Shown piece after piece: positions 1 through 15,000 of a stretch of 64,000 nt of DNA (its first letter is position 1; the number at the start of each line of letters is the position of its first letter). The DNA comes from Mobula hypostoma (lineage: Eukaryota). A program made the translations under genes and the position numbers. The notes beneath the pieces were generated by a model. It made no database searches. It was not told the DNA's origin and was given only the letters and a program-made list of their open reading frames with translations. The stretch is from NCBI RefSeq assembly GCF_963921235.1, contig NW_026948140.1, forward strand, positions 1-64,000, read 5' to 3'.

Positions 1-3000
1 GGACAGTTGGGTTGGACGAGGTGGACAGTTGGGTTGGACGAGGTGGACAGTTGGACGGGTTGGACAGGTGGACAGGTGGACAGTTGGGTTGGACGAGGTG
101 GACAGTTGGGTTGGACGAGGTGGACAGTTGGGTTGGACGAGGTGGACAGTGGGGTTGGACGAGGTGGACAGTTGGGTTGGACGAGGTGGACAGTTGGGTT
201 GGACGAGGTGGACAGTCAGGATGGACGAGGTGGACAGTTAGTTTGGACAAGGTGGACAGTTGGGTTGGACGAGGTGGACAGTTGGGTTGGACGAGGTGGA
301 CAGTTAGTTTGGACGAGGTGGACAGTTGGGTTGGACGAGGTGGACAGTTGGGTTGGACGAGGTGGACAGTGGGGTTGGACGAGGTGGACAGTTGGGTTGG
401 ACGAGGTGGACAGTGGGGTTGGACGAGGTGGACAGTGGGGTTGGACGAGGTGGACAGTTGGGTTGGACGAGGTGGACAGTTGGGTTGGACGAGGTGGACA
501 GTTGGGTTGGACGAGGTGGACAGTTGGGTTGGACGAGGTGGACAGTTGGGTTGGACGAGGTGGACAGTTGGGTTGGACGAGGTGGACAGTTAGTTTGGAC
601 GAGGTGGACAGTTGGGTTGGACGAGGTGGACAGTTGGGTTGGACGAGGTGGACAGTTGGGGTTGGACGAGGTGGACAGTTGGGTTGGACGAGGTGGACAG
701 TGGGGTTGGACGAGGTGGACAGTTGGGTTGGACGAGGTGGACAGTTGGGTTGGACGAGGTGGACAGTGGGGTTGGACGAGGTGGACAGTTGGGTTGGACG
801 AGGTGGACAGTGGGGTTGGACGAGGTGGACAGTTGGGTTGGACGAGGTGGACAGTTGGGTTGGACGAGGTGGACAGTTGGGTTGGACGAGGTGGACAGTT
901 GGGTTGGACGAGGTGGACAGTTAGGTTGGACGAGGTGGACAGTTGGGTTGGACGAGGTGGACAGTTGGGTTGGACAAGGTGGACAGTTGGGTTGGACGAG
1001 GTGGACAGTTGGGTTGGACGAGGTGGACAGTTAGTTTGGACGAGGTGGACAGTTGGGTTGGACGAGGTGGACAGTTGGGTTGGACGAGGTGGACAGTGGG
1101 GATGGACGAGGTGGACAGTTGGGTTGGACGAGGTGGACAGTTGGGTTGGACGAGGTGGACAGTTGGGTTGGACGAGGTGGACAGTGGGGTTGGACGAGGT
1201 GGACAGTTGGGTTGGACGAGGTGGACAGTTGGGTTGGACGAGGTGGACAGTTGGGTTGGACGAGGTGGACAGTTGGGTTGGACGAGGTGGACAGTTGGGT
1301 TGGACGAGGTGGACAGTTGGGTTGGACGAGGTGGACAGTCAGGATGGACGAGGTGGACAGTTGGGTTGGACGAGGTGGACAGTTGGGTTGGACGAGGTGG
1401 ACAGTGGGGTTGGACGCGGTGGACAGTTGGGTTGGACGCGGTGGACAGTTGGGTTGGACGAGGTGGACAGTGGGGTTGGACGAGGTGGACAGTTGGGTTG
1501 GACGAGGTGGACAGTGGGGTTGGACGAGGTGGACAGTTAGTTTGGAGAAGGTGGACAGTTAGTTTGGACAAGGTGGACAGTTGGGTTGGACGAGGTGGAC
1601 AGTTGGGTTGGACGAGGTGGACAGTGGGGTTGGACGAGGTGGACAGTTGGGTTGGACGAGGTGGACAGTTGGGTTGGATGAGGTGGACAGTTGGGATGGA
1701 TGAGGTAGGTGGTCAGGATGGATGAGGTGGGTAGGCAGTTGAGATGGACAAGGTAGATGGTCGGGATGGACAAGGTGGGAAGTCGGGTTGGATGAGGTGG
1801 ACAGTTGGGATGGATGAGGTAGGTGGTCAGGATGGATGAGGTGGGTAGGCAGTTGAGATGGACAAGGTAGATGGTCGGGATGGACAAGGTGGGCAGTCGG
1901 GTTGGATGAGGTGGGAAGTCAGTATGGATGAGGTGGACAGTTGGGATGGATGAGGTAGGTGGTCGGGATGGACAAGGTGGGCGGCCGGGTTGGATGAGGT
2001 AGGCAGTCCGGATGGATGAGGTCAGCAGTCGGGATATATGAGATGGATGGTTGGGATGGCCACGGTAGGTGGTCAGGATGGACATGCTGAACAGTCAGGA
2101 TAGACAAAGTGGGCAGTTGGGATCAACAAGGTGGACAGTCAAGTGGGATGAGGTCGACAGTCAGGAGGGACAAGTTGGATACTCAGGATGGCTGATGTGT
2201 GCAGTTGGGATGTACGATGTGAAGGGATGAGATAGGTGGTCAGGATGGATGAGGTGGACAATGGAGCTGGATGATGTGGCCGGTCAGGATGGACAAGGTG
2301 GGCAATTTGGTTGGTTGAGCTGGACAGCTGGAGTGGACGAGGTGGACAGTCAGGATGGACAAGGTGGACAGTTAGTTTGGGCAAGGTGGACAGTTGGGTT
2401 GGACGAGGTGGACAGTTGGGTTGGATGAGGTGGACAGTTAGTTTGGACGAGGTGGACAGTTGGGTTGGACGAGGTGGACAGTTGGGTTGGACGAGGTGGA
2501 CAGTGGGGTTGGACGAGGTGGACAGCCAGGATGGACGAGGTGGACAGTTAGTTTGGACAAGGTGGACAGTTGGGTTGGACGAGGTGGACAGTTGGGTTGG
2601 ACGAGGTGGACAGTGGGGTTGGATGAGGTGGACAGTTGGGTTGGACGAGGTGGACAGTGGGGTTGGATGAGGTGGACAGTTGGGTTGGACGAGGTGGACA
2701 GTCAGATGGACAAGGTGGACAGTTAGTTTGGACAAGGTGGACAGTAGGGTTGGACGAGGTGGACAGTTGGGTTGGACGAGGTGGACAGTTGGGTTGGACG
2801 AGGTGGACAGTTGGGTTGGACGAGGTGGACAGTTGGGTTGGACGAGGTGGACAGTTGGGTTGGACGAGGTGGACAGTTGGGTTGGACGAGGTGGACAGTT
2901 GGGTTGGACGAGGTGGACAGTTGGGTTGGACGAGGTGGACAGTGGGGTTGGACGAGGTGGACAGTTGGGTTGGACGAGGTGGACAGTGGGGTTGGACGAG

Positions 3001-6000
3001 GTGGACAGTTGGGTTGGACGAGGTGGACAGTTAGTTTGGACGAGGTGGACAGTTGGGTTGGACGAGGTGGACAGTTGGGTTGGACGAGGTGGACAGTGGG
3101 GTTGGACGAGGTGGACAGTTGGGTTGGACGAGGTGGACAGTTGGGTTGGACGAGGTGGACAGTGGGGTTGGACGAGGTGGACAGTTGGGTTGGACGAGGT
3201 GGACAGTCAGGTTGGACGAGGTGGACAGTTGGGTTGGACGAGGTGGACAGTTGGGTTGGACGAGGTGGACAGTTGGGTTGGACGAGGTGGACAGTTAGTT
3301 GGACGAGGTGGACAGTTGGGAGGTGGACAGTTAGGTTGGACAGGTGGACAGTTGGGTTGGACGAGGTGGACAGTTGGTTGGACGAGGTGGACAGTTGGGT
3401 TGGACGAGGTGGACAGTTGGGTTGGACGAGGTGGACAGTTGGGTTGGACGAGGTGGACAGTTGGGTTGGACGAGGTGGACAGTTGGGTTGGACAAGGTGG
3501 ACAGTTGGGTTGGACGAGGTGGACAGTTGGGTTGGACGAGGTGGACAGTCAGGATGGACGAGGTGGACAGTTAGTTTGGACGAGGTGGACAGTTGGGTTG
3601 GACGAGGTGGACAGTTGGGTTGGACGAGGTGGACAGTTAGTTTGGACGAGGTGGACAGTTGGGTTGGACGAGGTGGACAGTTGGGTTGGACGAGGTGGAC
3701 AGTGGGGTTGGACGAGGTGGACAGTTGGGTTGGACGAGGTGGACAGTTGGGTTGGACGAGGTGGACAGTTGGGTTGGACGAGGTGGACAGTCGGGTTGGA
3801 CGAGGTGGACAGTTGGGTTGGACGAGGTGGACAGTTGGGTTGGACGAGGTGGACAGTTGGGTTGGACGAGGTGGACAGTTGGGTTGGACGAGGTGGACAG
3901 TGGGGTTGGACGAGGTGGACAGTTAGTTTGGACAAGGTGGACAGTTAGTTTGGACAAGGTGGACAGTTGGGTTGGACGAGGTGGACAGTTGGGTTGGACG
4001 AGGTGGACAGTTGGGTTGGACGAGGTGGACAGTTGGGTTGGACGAGGTGGACAGTTGGGTTGGACGAGGTGGACAGTTGGGTTGGACGAGGTGGACAGTT
4101 GGGTTGGACGAGGTGGACAGTTGGGTTGGACGAGGTGGACAGTTGGGTTGGACGAGGTGGACAGTTGGGTTGGACGAGGTGGACAGTTGGGTTGGACGAG
4201 GTGGACAGTTGGGTTGGACGAGGTGGACAGGTTGGACGAGGTGGACAGTTGGGTTGGACGAGGTGGACAGTTGGGTTGGACGAGGTGGACAGTGGGGTTG
4301 GACGAGGTGGACAGTTGGGTTGGACGAGGTGGACAGTTGGGTTGGACGAGGTGGACAGTTGGGTTGGACGAGGTGGACAGTTGGGTTGGACGAGGTGGAC
4401 AGTTGGGTTGGACGAGGTGGACAGTTAGTTTGGACGAGGTGGACAGTTGGGTTGGACGAGGTGGACAGTTGGGTTGGACGAGGTGGACAGTGGGGTTGGA
4501 CGAGGTGGACAGTTGGGTTGGACGAGGTGGACAGTTGGGTTGGACGAGGTGGACAGTGGGGTTGGACGAGGTGGACAGTTGGGTTGGACGAGGTGGACAG
4601 TTGGGTTGGACGAGGTGGACAGTTAGTTTGGACGAGGTGGACAGTTGGGTTGGACGAGGTGGACAGTTGGGTTGGACGAGGTGGACAGTTGGGTTGGACG
4701 AGGTGGACAGTTGGGTTGGACGAGGTGGACAGTTGGGTTGGACGAGGTGGACAGTTGGGTTGGACGAGGTGGACAGTTGGGTTGGATGAGGTGGACAGTC
4801 AGGTTGGACGAGGTGGACAGTTGGTTGGACAAGGTGGACAGTTGGGTTGGACGAGGTGGACAGTTGGGTTGGACGAGGTGGACAGGTGGACAGGTGGACA
4901 GTTGGAGAGGTGGACAGTTGGGTTGGACGAGGTGGACAGTGGGGTTGGACGAGGTGGACAGTGTTGGACGAGGTGGACAGTTGGGTTGGACGAGGTGGAC
5001 AGTTGGGTTGGACGAGGTGGACAGTTGGGTTGGACCAGGTGGACAGTTGGGTTGGACGAGGTGGACAGTTGGGTTGGACGAGGTGGACAGTTAGTTTGGA
5101 CGAGGTGGACAGTTGGGTTGGACGAGGTGGACAGTTGGGTTGGACGAGGTGGACAGTTGGGTTGGACGAGGTGGACAGTTGGGTTGGACGAGGTGGACAG
5201 TTGGGTTGGACGAGGTGGACAGTTGGGTTGGACGAGGTGGACAGTGGGTTGGACGAGGTGGACAGTGGGTTGGACGAGGTGGACAGTTGGGTTGGACGAG
5301 GTGGACAGTTGGGTTGGACGAGGTGGACAGTTAGTTTGGACGAGGTGGACAGTTGGGTTGGACGAGGTGGACAGTTGGGTTGGACGAGGTGGACAGTGGG
5401 GTTGGACGAGGTGGACAGTTGGGTTGGACGAGGTGGACAGTTGGGTTGGACGAGGTGGACAGTTGGGTTGGACGAGGTGGACAGTTGGGTTGGACGAGGT
5501 GGACAGTGGGTTGGACGAGGTGGACAGTTGGGTTGGACGAGGTGGACAGTTGGGTTGGACGAGGTGGACAGTTGGGTTGGACGAGGTGGACAGTTGGGTT
5601 GGACGAGGTGGACAGTTAGTTTGGACGAGGTGGACAGTTGGGTTGGACGAGGTGGACAGTTGGGTTGGACGAGGTGGACAGTTGGGTTGGACGAGGTGGA
5701 CAGTGGGGTTGGACGAGGTGGACAGTTGGGTTGGACGAGGTGGACAGTTGGGTTGGACGAGGTGGACAGTTGGGTTGGACGAGGTGGACAGTGGGGTTGG
5801 ACGAGGTGGACAGTTGGGTTGGACGAGGTGGACAGTTGGGTTGGACGAGGTGGACAGTGGGTTGGACGAGGTGGAGGTAATGGGTGGACGAGGTGGACAG
5901 TTGGTTAGTTGGACGAGGTGGACAGTTGGGTTGGACGAGGTGGACAGTGGGGTTGGACGAGGTGGACAGTTGGGTTGGACGAGGTGGACAGTGGGGTTGG

Positions 6001-9000
6001 ACGAGGTGGACAGTTGGGTTGGACAAGGTGGACAGTTAGGTTGGACTAGGTGGACAGTTGGGTTGGACGAGGTGGACAGTTGGGTTGGACGAGGTGGACA
6101 GTTGGGTTGGACGAGGTGGACAGTGGGGTTGGACGAGGTGGACAGTTGGGGTTGGAGATGCAGGAGTTGGGTGGACGCGGTGGACAGATTGGGTTGGACG
6201 AGGTGGATGGTTGGACGAGGTGGAAGATCAGGTTGGACGAGGTGGACAGTGGGTTGGACGAGGTGGACAGTGATTTGGTTGGACGAGGTGGACAGTTGGG
6301 TTGGACGAGGTGGACAGTCAGGATGGACGAGGTGGACAGTTGGGTTGGACGAGGTGGACAGTTGGGTTGGACGAGGTGGACAGTTGGGTTGGACGAGGTG
6401 GACAGTTGGGTTGGACGAGGTGGACAGTTGGGTTGGACGAGGTGGACAGTTGGGTTGGACGAGGTGGACAGTTGGGTTGGACGAGGTGGACAGTTGGGTT
6501 GGACGAGGTGGACAGTTAGTTTGGACGAGGTGGACAGTTGGGTTGGACGAGGTGGACAGTTGGGTTGGACGAGGTGGACAGTTGGGTTGGACGAGGTGGA
6601 CAGTTGGGTTGGACGAGGTGGACAGTTGGGTTGGACGAGGTGGACAGTTGGGTTGGACGAAGTGGACAGTTGGGTTGGACGAGGTGGACAGTCAGATGGA
6701 CAAGGTGGACAGTTGGGTTGGACGAGGTGGACAGTTGGGTTGGACGAGGTGGACAGTTGGGTTGGACGAGGTGGACAGTTAGTTTGGACGAGGTGGACAG
6801 TTGGGTTGGACGAGGTGGACAGTTGGGTTGGACAAGGTGGACAGTGGGGAGGGAATAGGTAGGTAACTGGGATGGACGAGGTGGACAGTGGGGTTGGACG
6901 AGGTGGACAGTTGGGTTGGACGAGGTGGACAGTGGGGTTGGACGAGGTGGACAGTTGGGTTGGACGAGGTGGACAGTGGGGTTGGACGAGGTGGACAGTT
7001 GGGTTGGACGAGGTGGACAGTTGGGTTGGACGAGGTGGACAGTTGGGTTGGACGAGGTGGACAGTGGGGTTGGACGAGGTGGACAGTTGGGTTGGACGAG
7101 GTGGACAGTGGGGTTGGACGAGGTGGACAGTTGGGTTGGACGAGGTGGACAGTTGGGTTGGACGAGGTGGACAGTTGGGTTGGACGAGGTGGACAGTTAG
7201 TTTGGACGAGGTGGACAGTTGGGTTGGACGAGGTGGACAGTTGGGTTGGACGAGGTGGACAGTGGGGTTGGACGAGGTGGACAGTTGGGTTGGACGAGGT
7301 GGACAGTTGGGTTGGACGAGGTGGACAGTTGGGTTGGACGAGGTGGACAGTTGGGTTGGACGAGGTGGACAGTCAGGATGGACGAGGTGGACAGTTGGGT
7401 TGGACAAGGTGGACAGTTGGGTTGGACGAGGTGGACAGTTGGGTTGGACGAGGTGGACAGTTAGTTTAGACGAGGTGGACAGTTGGGTTGGACGAGGTGG
7501 ACAGTTGGGTTGGACGAGGTGGACAGTTGGGGTTGGACGAGGTGGACAGTTGGGTTGGACGAGGTGGACAGTGGGGTTGGACGAGGTGGACAGTTGGGTT
7601 GGACGAGGTGGACAGTGGGGTTGGACGAGGTGGACAGTTGGGTTGGACGAGGTGGACAGTTGGGTTGGACGAGGTGGACAGTTAGTTTGGACGAGGTGGA
7701 CAGTTGGGTTGGACGAGGTGGACAGTTGGGTTGGACGAGGTGGACAGTGGGGTTGGACGAGGTGGACAGTTGGGATGGACGAGGTGGACAGTTGGGTTGG
7801 ACGAGGTGGACAGTTGGGTTGGACGAGGTGGACAGTTGGGTTGGACGAGGTGGACAGTTGGGTTGGACGAGGTGGACAGTTGGGTTGGACGAGGTGGACA
7901 GTGGGGTTGGACGAGGTGGACAGTTGGGTTGGACGAGGTGGACAGTTGGGTTGGACGAGGTGGACAGTGGGTTTGGACGAGGTGGACAGTTGGGTTGGAC
8001 GAGGTGGACAGTTGGGTTGGACGAGGTGGACAGTTGGGTTGGACGAGGTGGACAGTTAGTTTGGACGAGGTGGACAGTTGGGTTGGACGAGGTGGACAGT
8101 GGGGTTGGACGAGGTGGACAGTTGGGTTGGACGAGGTGGACACAGTAGGTTGGACGAGGTGGACAGTTGGGTTGGACGAGGTGGACAGTTGGGTTGGACG
8201 AGGTGGACAGTGGGTTGGACGAGGTGGACAGTTGGGTTGGACGAGGTGGACAGTTGGGTTGGACGAGGTGGACAGTGGGGTTGGACGAGGTGGACAGTTG
8301 GGTTGGACGAGGTGGACAGTTGGGTTGGACGAGGTGGACAGTGGGGTTGGACGAGGTGGACAGTTGGGTTGGACGAGGTGGACAGTTGGGTTGGACGAGG
8401 TGGACAGTTGGGTTGGACGAGGTGGACAGTTGGTTGGACGGTGGACAGTGGGTTGGACGAGGTGGACAGTTGGGTTGGACGAGGTGGACAGTTGGGTTGG
8501 ACGAGGTGGACAGTTGGGTTGGACGAGGTGGACAGTTGGGTTGGACGAGGTGGACAGTTGGGTTGGACGAGGTGGACAGTTGGGTTGGACGAGGTGGACA
8601 GTTGGGTTGGACGAGGTGGACAGTTGGGTTGGATGAGGTGGACAGTTGGGATGGACAAGGTGGACAGTTAGTTTGGACAAGGTGGACAGTTGGGTTGGAC
8701 GAGGTGGACAGTTGGGTTGGACGAGGTGGACAGTTAGTTTGGACGAGGTGGACAGTTGGGTTGGACGAGGTGGACAGTTGGGTTGGACGAGGTGGACAGT
8801 TGGGTTGGACGAGGTGGACAGTTGGGATGGACGAGGTGGACAGTGGGGTTGGACGAGGTGGATTTGGACGAGGTGGCAGTCGGGTTGGATGAGGTGGGAA
8901 GTCAGTATGGATGAGGTGGACAGTTGGGATGGATGAGGTAGGTGGTCGGGATGGACAAGGTGGGCGGCCGGGTTGGATGAGGTAGGCAGTCCGGATGGAT

Positions 9001-12000
9001 GAGGTCAGCAGTCGGGATATATGAGATGGATGGTTGGGATGGCCACGGTAGGTGGTCAGGATGGACATGCTGAACAGTCAGGATAGACAAAGTGGGCAGT
9101 TGGGATCAACAAGGTGGACAGTCAAGTGGGATGAGGTCGACAGTCAGGAGGGACAAGTTGGATACTCAGGATGGCTGATGTGTGCAGTTGGGATGTACGA
9201 TGTGAAGGGATGAGATAGGTGGTCAGGATGGATGAGGTGGACAATGGAGCTGGATGATGTGGCCGGTCAGGATGGACAAGGTGGGCAATTTGGTTGGACG
9301 AGGTGGACAGTTGGGTTGGACGAGGTGGACAGTTGGGTTGGACGAGGTGGACAGTTAGTTTGGACGAGGTGGACAGTTGGGTTGGACGAGGTGGACAGTT
9401 GGGTTGGATGAGGTGGACAGTTGGGTTGGACGAGGTGGACAGTTGGGTTGGACGAGGTGGACAGTTGGGTTGGACGAGGTGGACAGTGGGGTTGGACGAG
9501 GTGGACAGTTGGGTTGGACGAGGTGGACAGTTGGGTTGGACGAGGTGGACAGTTGGGTTGGACGAGGTGGACAGTTGGGTTGGACGAGGTGGACAGTGGG
9601 GTTGGATGAGGTGGATAATTGGGTTGGACGAGGTGGACAGTGGGGTTGGACGAGGTGGACAGTTGGGTTGGACGAGGTGGACAGTTGGGTTGGAGGAGGT
9701 GGACAGTCAGATGGACAACGTGGACAGTTAGTTTGGACAAGGTGGACAGTTGGGTTGGACGAGGTGGACATTTGGGTTGGACGAGGTGGACAGTTAGTTT
9801 GGACGAGGTGGACAGTTGGGTTGGACGAGGTGGACAGTTGGGTTGGACAAGGTGGACAGTGGGGAGGGAATAGGTAGGTAACTGGGATGGACGAGGTGGA
9901 CAGTGGGGTTGGACGAGGTGGACAGTTGGGTTGGACGAGGTGGACAGTGGGGTTGGACGAGGTGGACAGTTGGGTTGGACGAGGTGGACAGTGGGGTTGG
10001 ACGAGGTGGACAGTTAGTTTGGACGAGGTGGACAGTTGGGTTGGACGAGGTGGACAGTTGGGTTGGACGAGGTGGACAGTGGGGTTGGACGAGGTGGACA
10101 GTCGGGTTGGACGAGGTGGACAGTCAGGATGGACGAGGTGGACAGTTGGGTTGGACAAGGTGGACAGTTGGGTTGGACGAGGTGGACAGTTGGGTTGGAC
10201 GAGGTGGACAGTTAGTTTGGACGAGGTGGACAGTTGGGTTGGACGAGGTGGACAGTTGGGTTGGACGAGGTGGACAGTGGGGTTGGACGCGGTGGACAGT
10301 TGGGTTGGACGTGGTGGACAGTTGGGTTGGACGAGGTGGACAGTGGGGTTGGACGAGGTGGACAGTTGGGTTGGACGAGGTGGACAGTTGGGTTGGATGA
10401 GGTGGACAGCCAGGATGGACAAGGTGGACAGTTAGTTTGGACAAGGTGGACAGTTGGGTTGGACGAGGTGGACAGTTAGTTTGGACGAGGTGGACAGTTG
10501 AGTTGGACGAGGTGGACAGTGGGGTTGGACGAGGTGGACAGTTAGTTTGGACGAGGTGGACAGTTGGGTTGGACGAGGTGGACAGTTGGGTTGGACGAGG
10601 TGGACAGTGGGGTTGGACGAGGTGGACAGTCGGGTTGGACGTGGTGGACAGTCAGGATGGACGAGGTGGACAGTTGGGTTGGACAAGGTGGACAGTTGGG
10701 TTGGACGAGGTGGACAGTTGGGTTGGACGAGGTGGACAGTGGGGTTGGACGCGGTGGACAGTTGGGTTGGACGCGGTGGACAGTGGGGTTGGACGAGGTG
10801 GACAGCCAGGATGGACGAGGTGGACAGTTAGTTTGGACAAGGTGGACAGTTGGGTTGGACGAGGTGGACAGTTGGGTTGGACGAGGTGGACAGTGGGGTT
10901 GGATGAGGTGGATAATTGGGTTGGACGAGGTGGACAGTGGGGTTGGACGAGGTGGACAGTTGGGTTGGACGAGGTGGACAGTTGGGTTGGACGAGGTGGA
11001 CAGTCAGATGGACAAGGTGGACAGTTAGTTTGGACAAGGTGGACAGTTGGGTTGGACGAGGTGGACAGTTGGGTTGGACGAGGTGGACAGTTAGTTTGGA
11101 CGAGGTGGATAGTTGAGTTGGACGAGGTGAACAGTTGGGTTGGACAAGGTGGACAGTGGGGAGGGACGAGGTGCCACCTGGGTTGGACGAGGTGGACAGT
11201 GGGGTTGGACGAGGTGGACAGTTGGGTTGGACGAGGTGGACAGTGGGGTTGGACGAGGTGGACAGTTGGGTTGGACGAGGTGGACAGTTGGGTTGGACGA
11301 GGTGGACAGTTAGTTTGGACGAGGTGGACAGTTGGGTTGGACGAGGTGGACAGTTGGGTTGGACGAGGTGGACAGTGAGGTTGGACGAGGTGGACAGTCG
11401 GGTTGGACGAGGTGGACAGTCAGGATGGACGAGGTGGACAGTTGGGTTGGACAAGGTGTACAGTTGTGTTGGACGAGGTGGACAGCTGGGTTGGACGACG
11501 TGGACAGTTAGTTTGGACGAGGTGGACAGTTGGGTTGGACGAGGTGGACAGTGGGGTTGGACGCGGTGGACAGTTGGGTTGGACGTGGTGGACAGTTGGG
11601 TTGGACGAGGTGGACAGTGGGGTTGGACGAGGTGGACAGTTGGGTTGGACGAGGTGGACAGTTGGGTTGGATGAGGTGGACAGTCAGGATGGACAAGGTG
11701 GACAGTTAGTTTGGACAAGGTGGACAGTTGGGTTGGACGAGGTGGACAGTTGGGTTGGACGAGGTGGACAGTTAGTTTGGACGAGGTGGACAGTTGAGTT
11801 GGACGAGTTGGACAGTTGGGTTGGACGAGGTGGACAGTGGGGAGGGAATAGGTAGGCAACTGGGATGGACGAGGTGGACAGTGGGGTTGGACGAGGTGGA
11901 CAGTTGGGTTGGACGAGGTGGGCAGTGGGGTTGGACGAGGTGGACAGTGGGGTTGGACGAGGTGGACAGTTGGGTTGGACGAGGTGGACAGTTGGGTTGG

Positions 12001-15000
12001 ACGAGGTGGACAGTGGGGTTGGACGAGGTGGACAGCCAGGATGGACGAGGTGGACAGTTAGTTTGGACAAGGTGGACAGTTGGGTTGGACGAGGTGGACA
12101 GTTGGGTTGGACGAGGTGGACAGTGGGGTTGGATGAGGTGGACAGTTGGGTTGGACGAGGTGGACAGTGGGGTTGGACGAGGTGGACAGTTGGGTTGGAC
12201 GAGGTGGACAGTTGGGTTGGAGGAGGTGGACAGTCAGATGGACAAGGTGGACAGTTAGTTTGGACAAGGTGGACAGTTGGGTTGGACGAGGTGGACAGTT
12301 GGGTTGGACGAGGTGGACAGTGGGGTTGGATGAGGTGGATAATTGGGTTGGACGAGGAGGACAGTGGGGTTGGACGAGGTGGACAGTTGGGTTGGACGAG
12401 GTGGACAGTTGGGTTGGAGGAGGTGGACAGTCAGATGGACAAGGTGGACAGTTAGTTTGGACAAGGTGGACAGTTGGGTTGGACGAGGTGGACAGTTGGG
12501 TTGGACGAGGTGGACAGTTAGTTTGGACGAGGTGGACAGTTGGGTTGGACGAGGTGGACAGTTGGGTTGGACAAGGTGGACAGTTGGGTTGGACGAGGTG
12601 GACAGTTGGGTTGGACGAGGTGGACAGTTGGGTTGGACGAGGTGGACAGTGGGGTTGGACGAGGTGGACAGTTGGGTTGGACGAGGTGGACAGTGGGGTT
12701 GGACGAGGTGGACAGTTGGGTTGGACGAGGTGGACAGTAGGGTTGGACGAGGTGGACAGTTAGTTTGTACGAGGTGGACAGTTGGGTTGGACGAGGTGGA
12801 CAGTTGGGTTGGACGAGGTGGACAGTGGGGTTGGACGAGGTGGACAGTCGGGTTGGACGAGGTGGACAGTCAGGATGGACGAGGTGGACAGTTGGGTTGG
12901 ACAAGGTGGACAGTTGTGTTGGACGAGGTGGACAGTTGGTTTGGACGACGTGGACAGTTAGTTTGGACGAGGTGGACAGTTGGGTTGGACGAGGTGGACA
13001 GTGGGGTTGGACGCGGTGGACAGTTGGGTTGGACGTGGTGGACAGTTGGGTTGGACGAGGTGGACAGTGGGGTTGGACGAGGTGGACAGTTGGGTTGGAC
13101 GAGGTGGACAGTTGGGTTGGATGAGGTGGACAGTCAGGATGGACAAGGTGGACAGTTAGTTTAGACAAGGTGGACAGTTGGGTTGGACGAGGTGGACAGT
13201 TGGGTTGGACGAGGTGGACAGTTAGTTTGGACGAGGTGGACAGTTGAGTTGGACGAGTTGGACAGTTGGGTTGGACGAGGTGGACAGTGGGGAGGGAATA
13301 GGTAGGCAACTGGGATGGACGAGGTGGACAGTGGGGTTGGACGAGGTGGACAGTTGGGTTGGACGAGGTGGGCAGTGGGGTTGGACGAGGTGGACAGTGG
13401 GGTTGGACGAGGTGGACAGTTGGGTTGGACGAGGTGGACAGTTGGGTTGGACGAGGTGGACAGTTAGTTTGGACGAGGTGGACAGTTGGGTTGGACGAGG
13501 TGGACAGTTGGGTTGGACGAGGTGGACAGTGGGGAGGGAATAGGTAGGCAACTGGGATGGACGAGGTGGACAGTGGGGTTGGACGAGGTGGACAGTTGGG
13601 TTGGACGAGGTGGACAGTGGGGTTGGACGAGGTGGACAGTGGGGTTGGACGAGGTGGACAGTTGGTTTGGACGAGGTGGACAGTGGGGTTGGACGAGGTG
13701 GACAGTTAGTTTGGACGAGGTGGACAGTTGGGTTGGACGAGGTGGACAGTTGGGTTGGACGAGGTGGACAGTGGGGTTGGACGAGGTGGACAGTCGGGTT
13801 GGACGAGGTGGACAGTCAGGATGGACGAGGTGGACAGTTGGGTTGGACAAGGTGGACAGTTGGGTTGGACGAGGTGGACAGTTAGTTTGGAGAAGGTGGA
13901 CAGTGGGGTTGGACGCGGTGGACATTTGGGTTGGACGCGGTGGACAGTTGGGTTGGACGAGGTGGACAGTGGGGTTGGACGAGGTGGACAGTTAGTTTGG
14001 AGAAGGTGGACAGTTAGTTTGGAGAAGGTGGACAGTTGGGTTGGACGAGGTGGACAGTTGGGTTGGACGAGGTCGACAGTTGGGTTGGATGAGGTGGACA
14101 GTCAGGATGGACAAGGTGGACAGTTAGTTTGGACAAGGTGGACAGTTGGGTTGGACGAGGTGGACAGTTGGGTTGGACGAGGTGGACAGTGGGGTTGGAC
14201 GAGGTGGACAGTTGGGTTGGACGAGGTGGGCAGTGGGGTTGGACGAGGTGGACAGTGGGCTTGGACGAGGTGGACAGTTGGGTTGGATGAGGTGGACAGT
14301 GGGGTTGGACGAGGTGGACAGTTGGGTTGGACGAGGTGGACAGTGGGGTTGGACGAGGTGGACAGTTAGTTTGGACAAGGTGGACAGTTAGTTTGGACAA
14401 GGTGGACAGTTGGGTTGGACGAGGTGGACAGTTGGGTTGGACGAGGTGGACAGTGGGGAGGGAATAAGTAGGGAACTGAGATTTACGAGGTGGACCGTGG
14501 GGTTGGTCGAGGTGGACCGTTGGGTTGGACGAGGTGGACAGTGGGGTTGGACGTGGTGGACAGTTGGGTTGGACGAGGCGGACAGTTGGGTTGGACGAGG
14601 TGGACAGTGGGGTTGGACGAGGTGGACAGTTAGTTTGGACGAGGTGGACAGTTGGGTTGGATGAGGTGGACAGTGGGGTTGGACGAGGTGGATAGTCGGG
14701 TTGTATGAGGTGGACAGTCAGGATGGACGAGCTGGACAGTTGGGTTGGACAAGGTGGACAGTTGGGTTGGACGAGGTGGACAGTTGGGTTGGACGAGGTG
14801 GACAGTTAGTTTGGACGAGGTGGACAGTTGGGTTGGACGAGGTGGACAGTGGGGTTGGACGCGGTGGACAGTTGGGTTGGATGTGGTGGACAGTTGGGTT
14901 GGACGATGTGGACAGTGGGGTTGGACGAGGTGGACAGTTGGGTTGGACGAGGTGGACATTGGGGTTGGACGAGGTGGACAGTGGGGTTGGATGAGGTTTA

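Noticed and set aside
3300..8900. Truncated or odd monomers as biological variants
   Set aside because: Many are single-base homopolymer indels or garbled units (e.g. ~5875, ~6150), which could equally be long-read consensus error.
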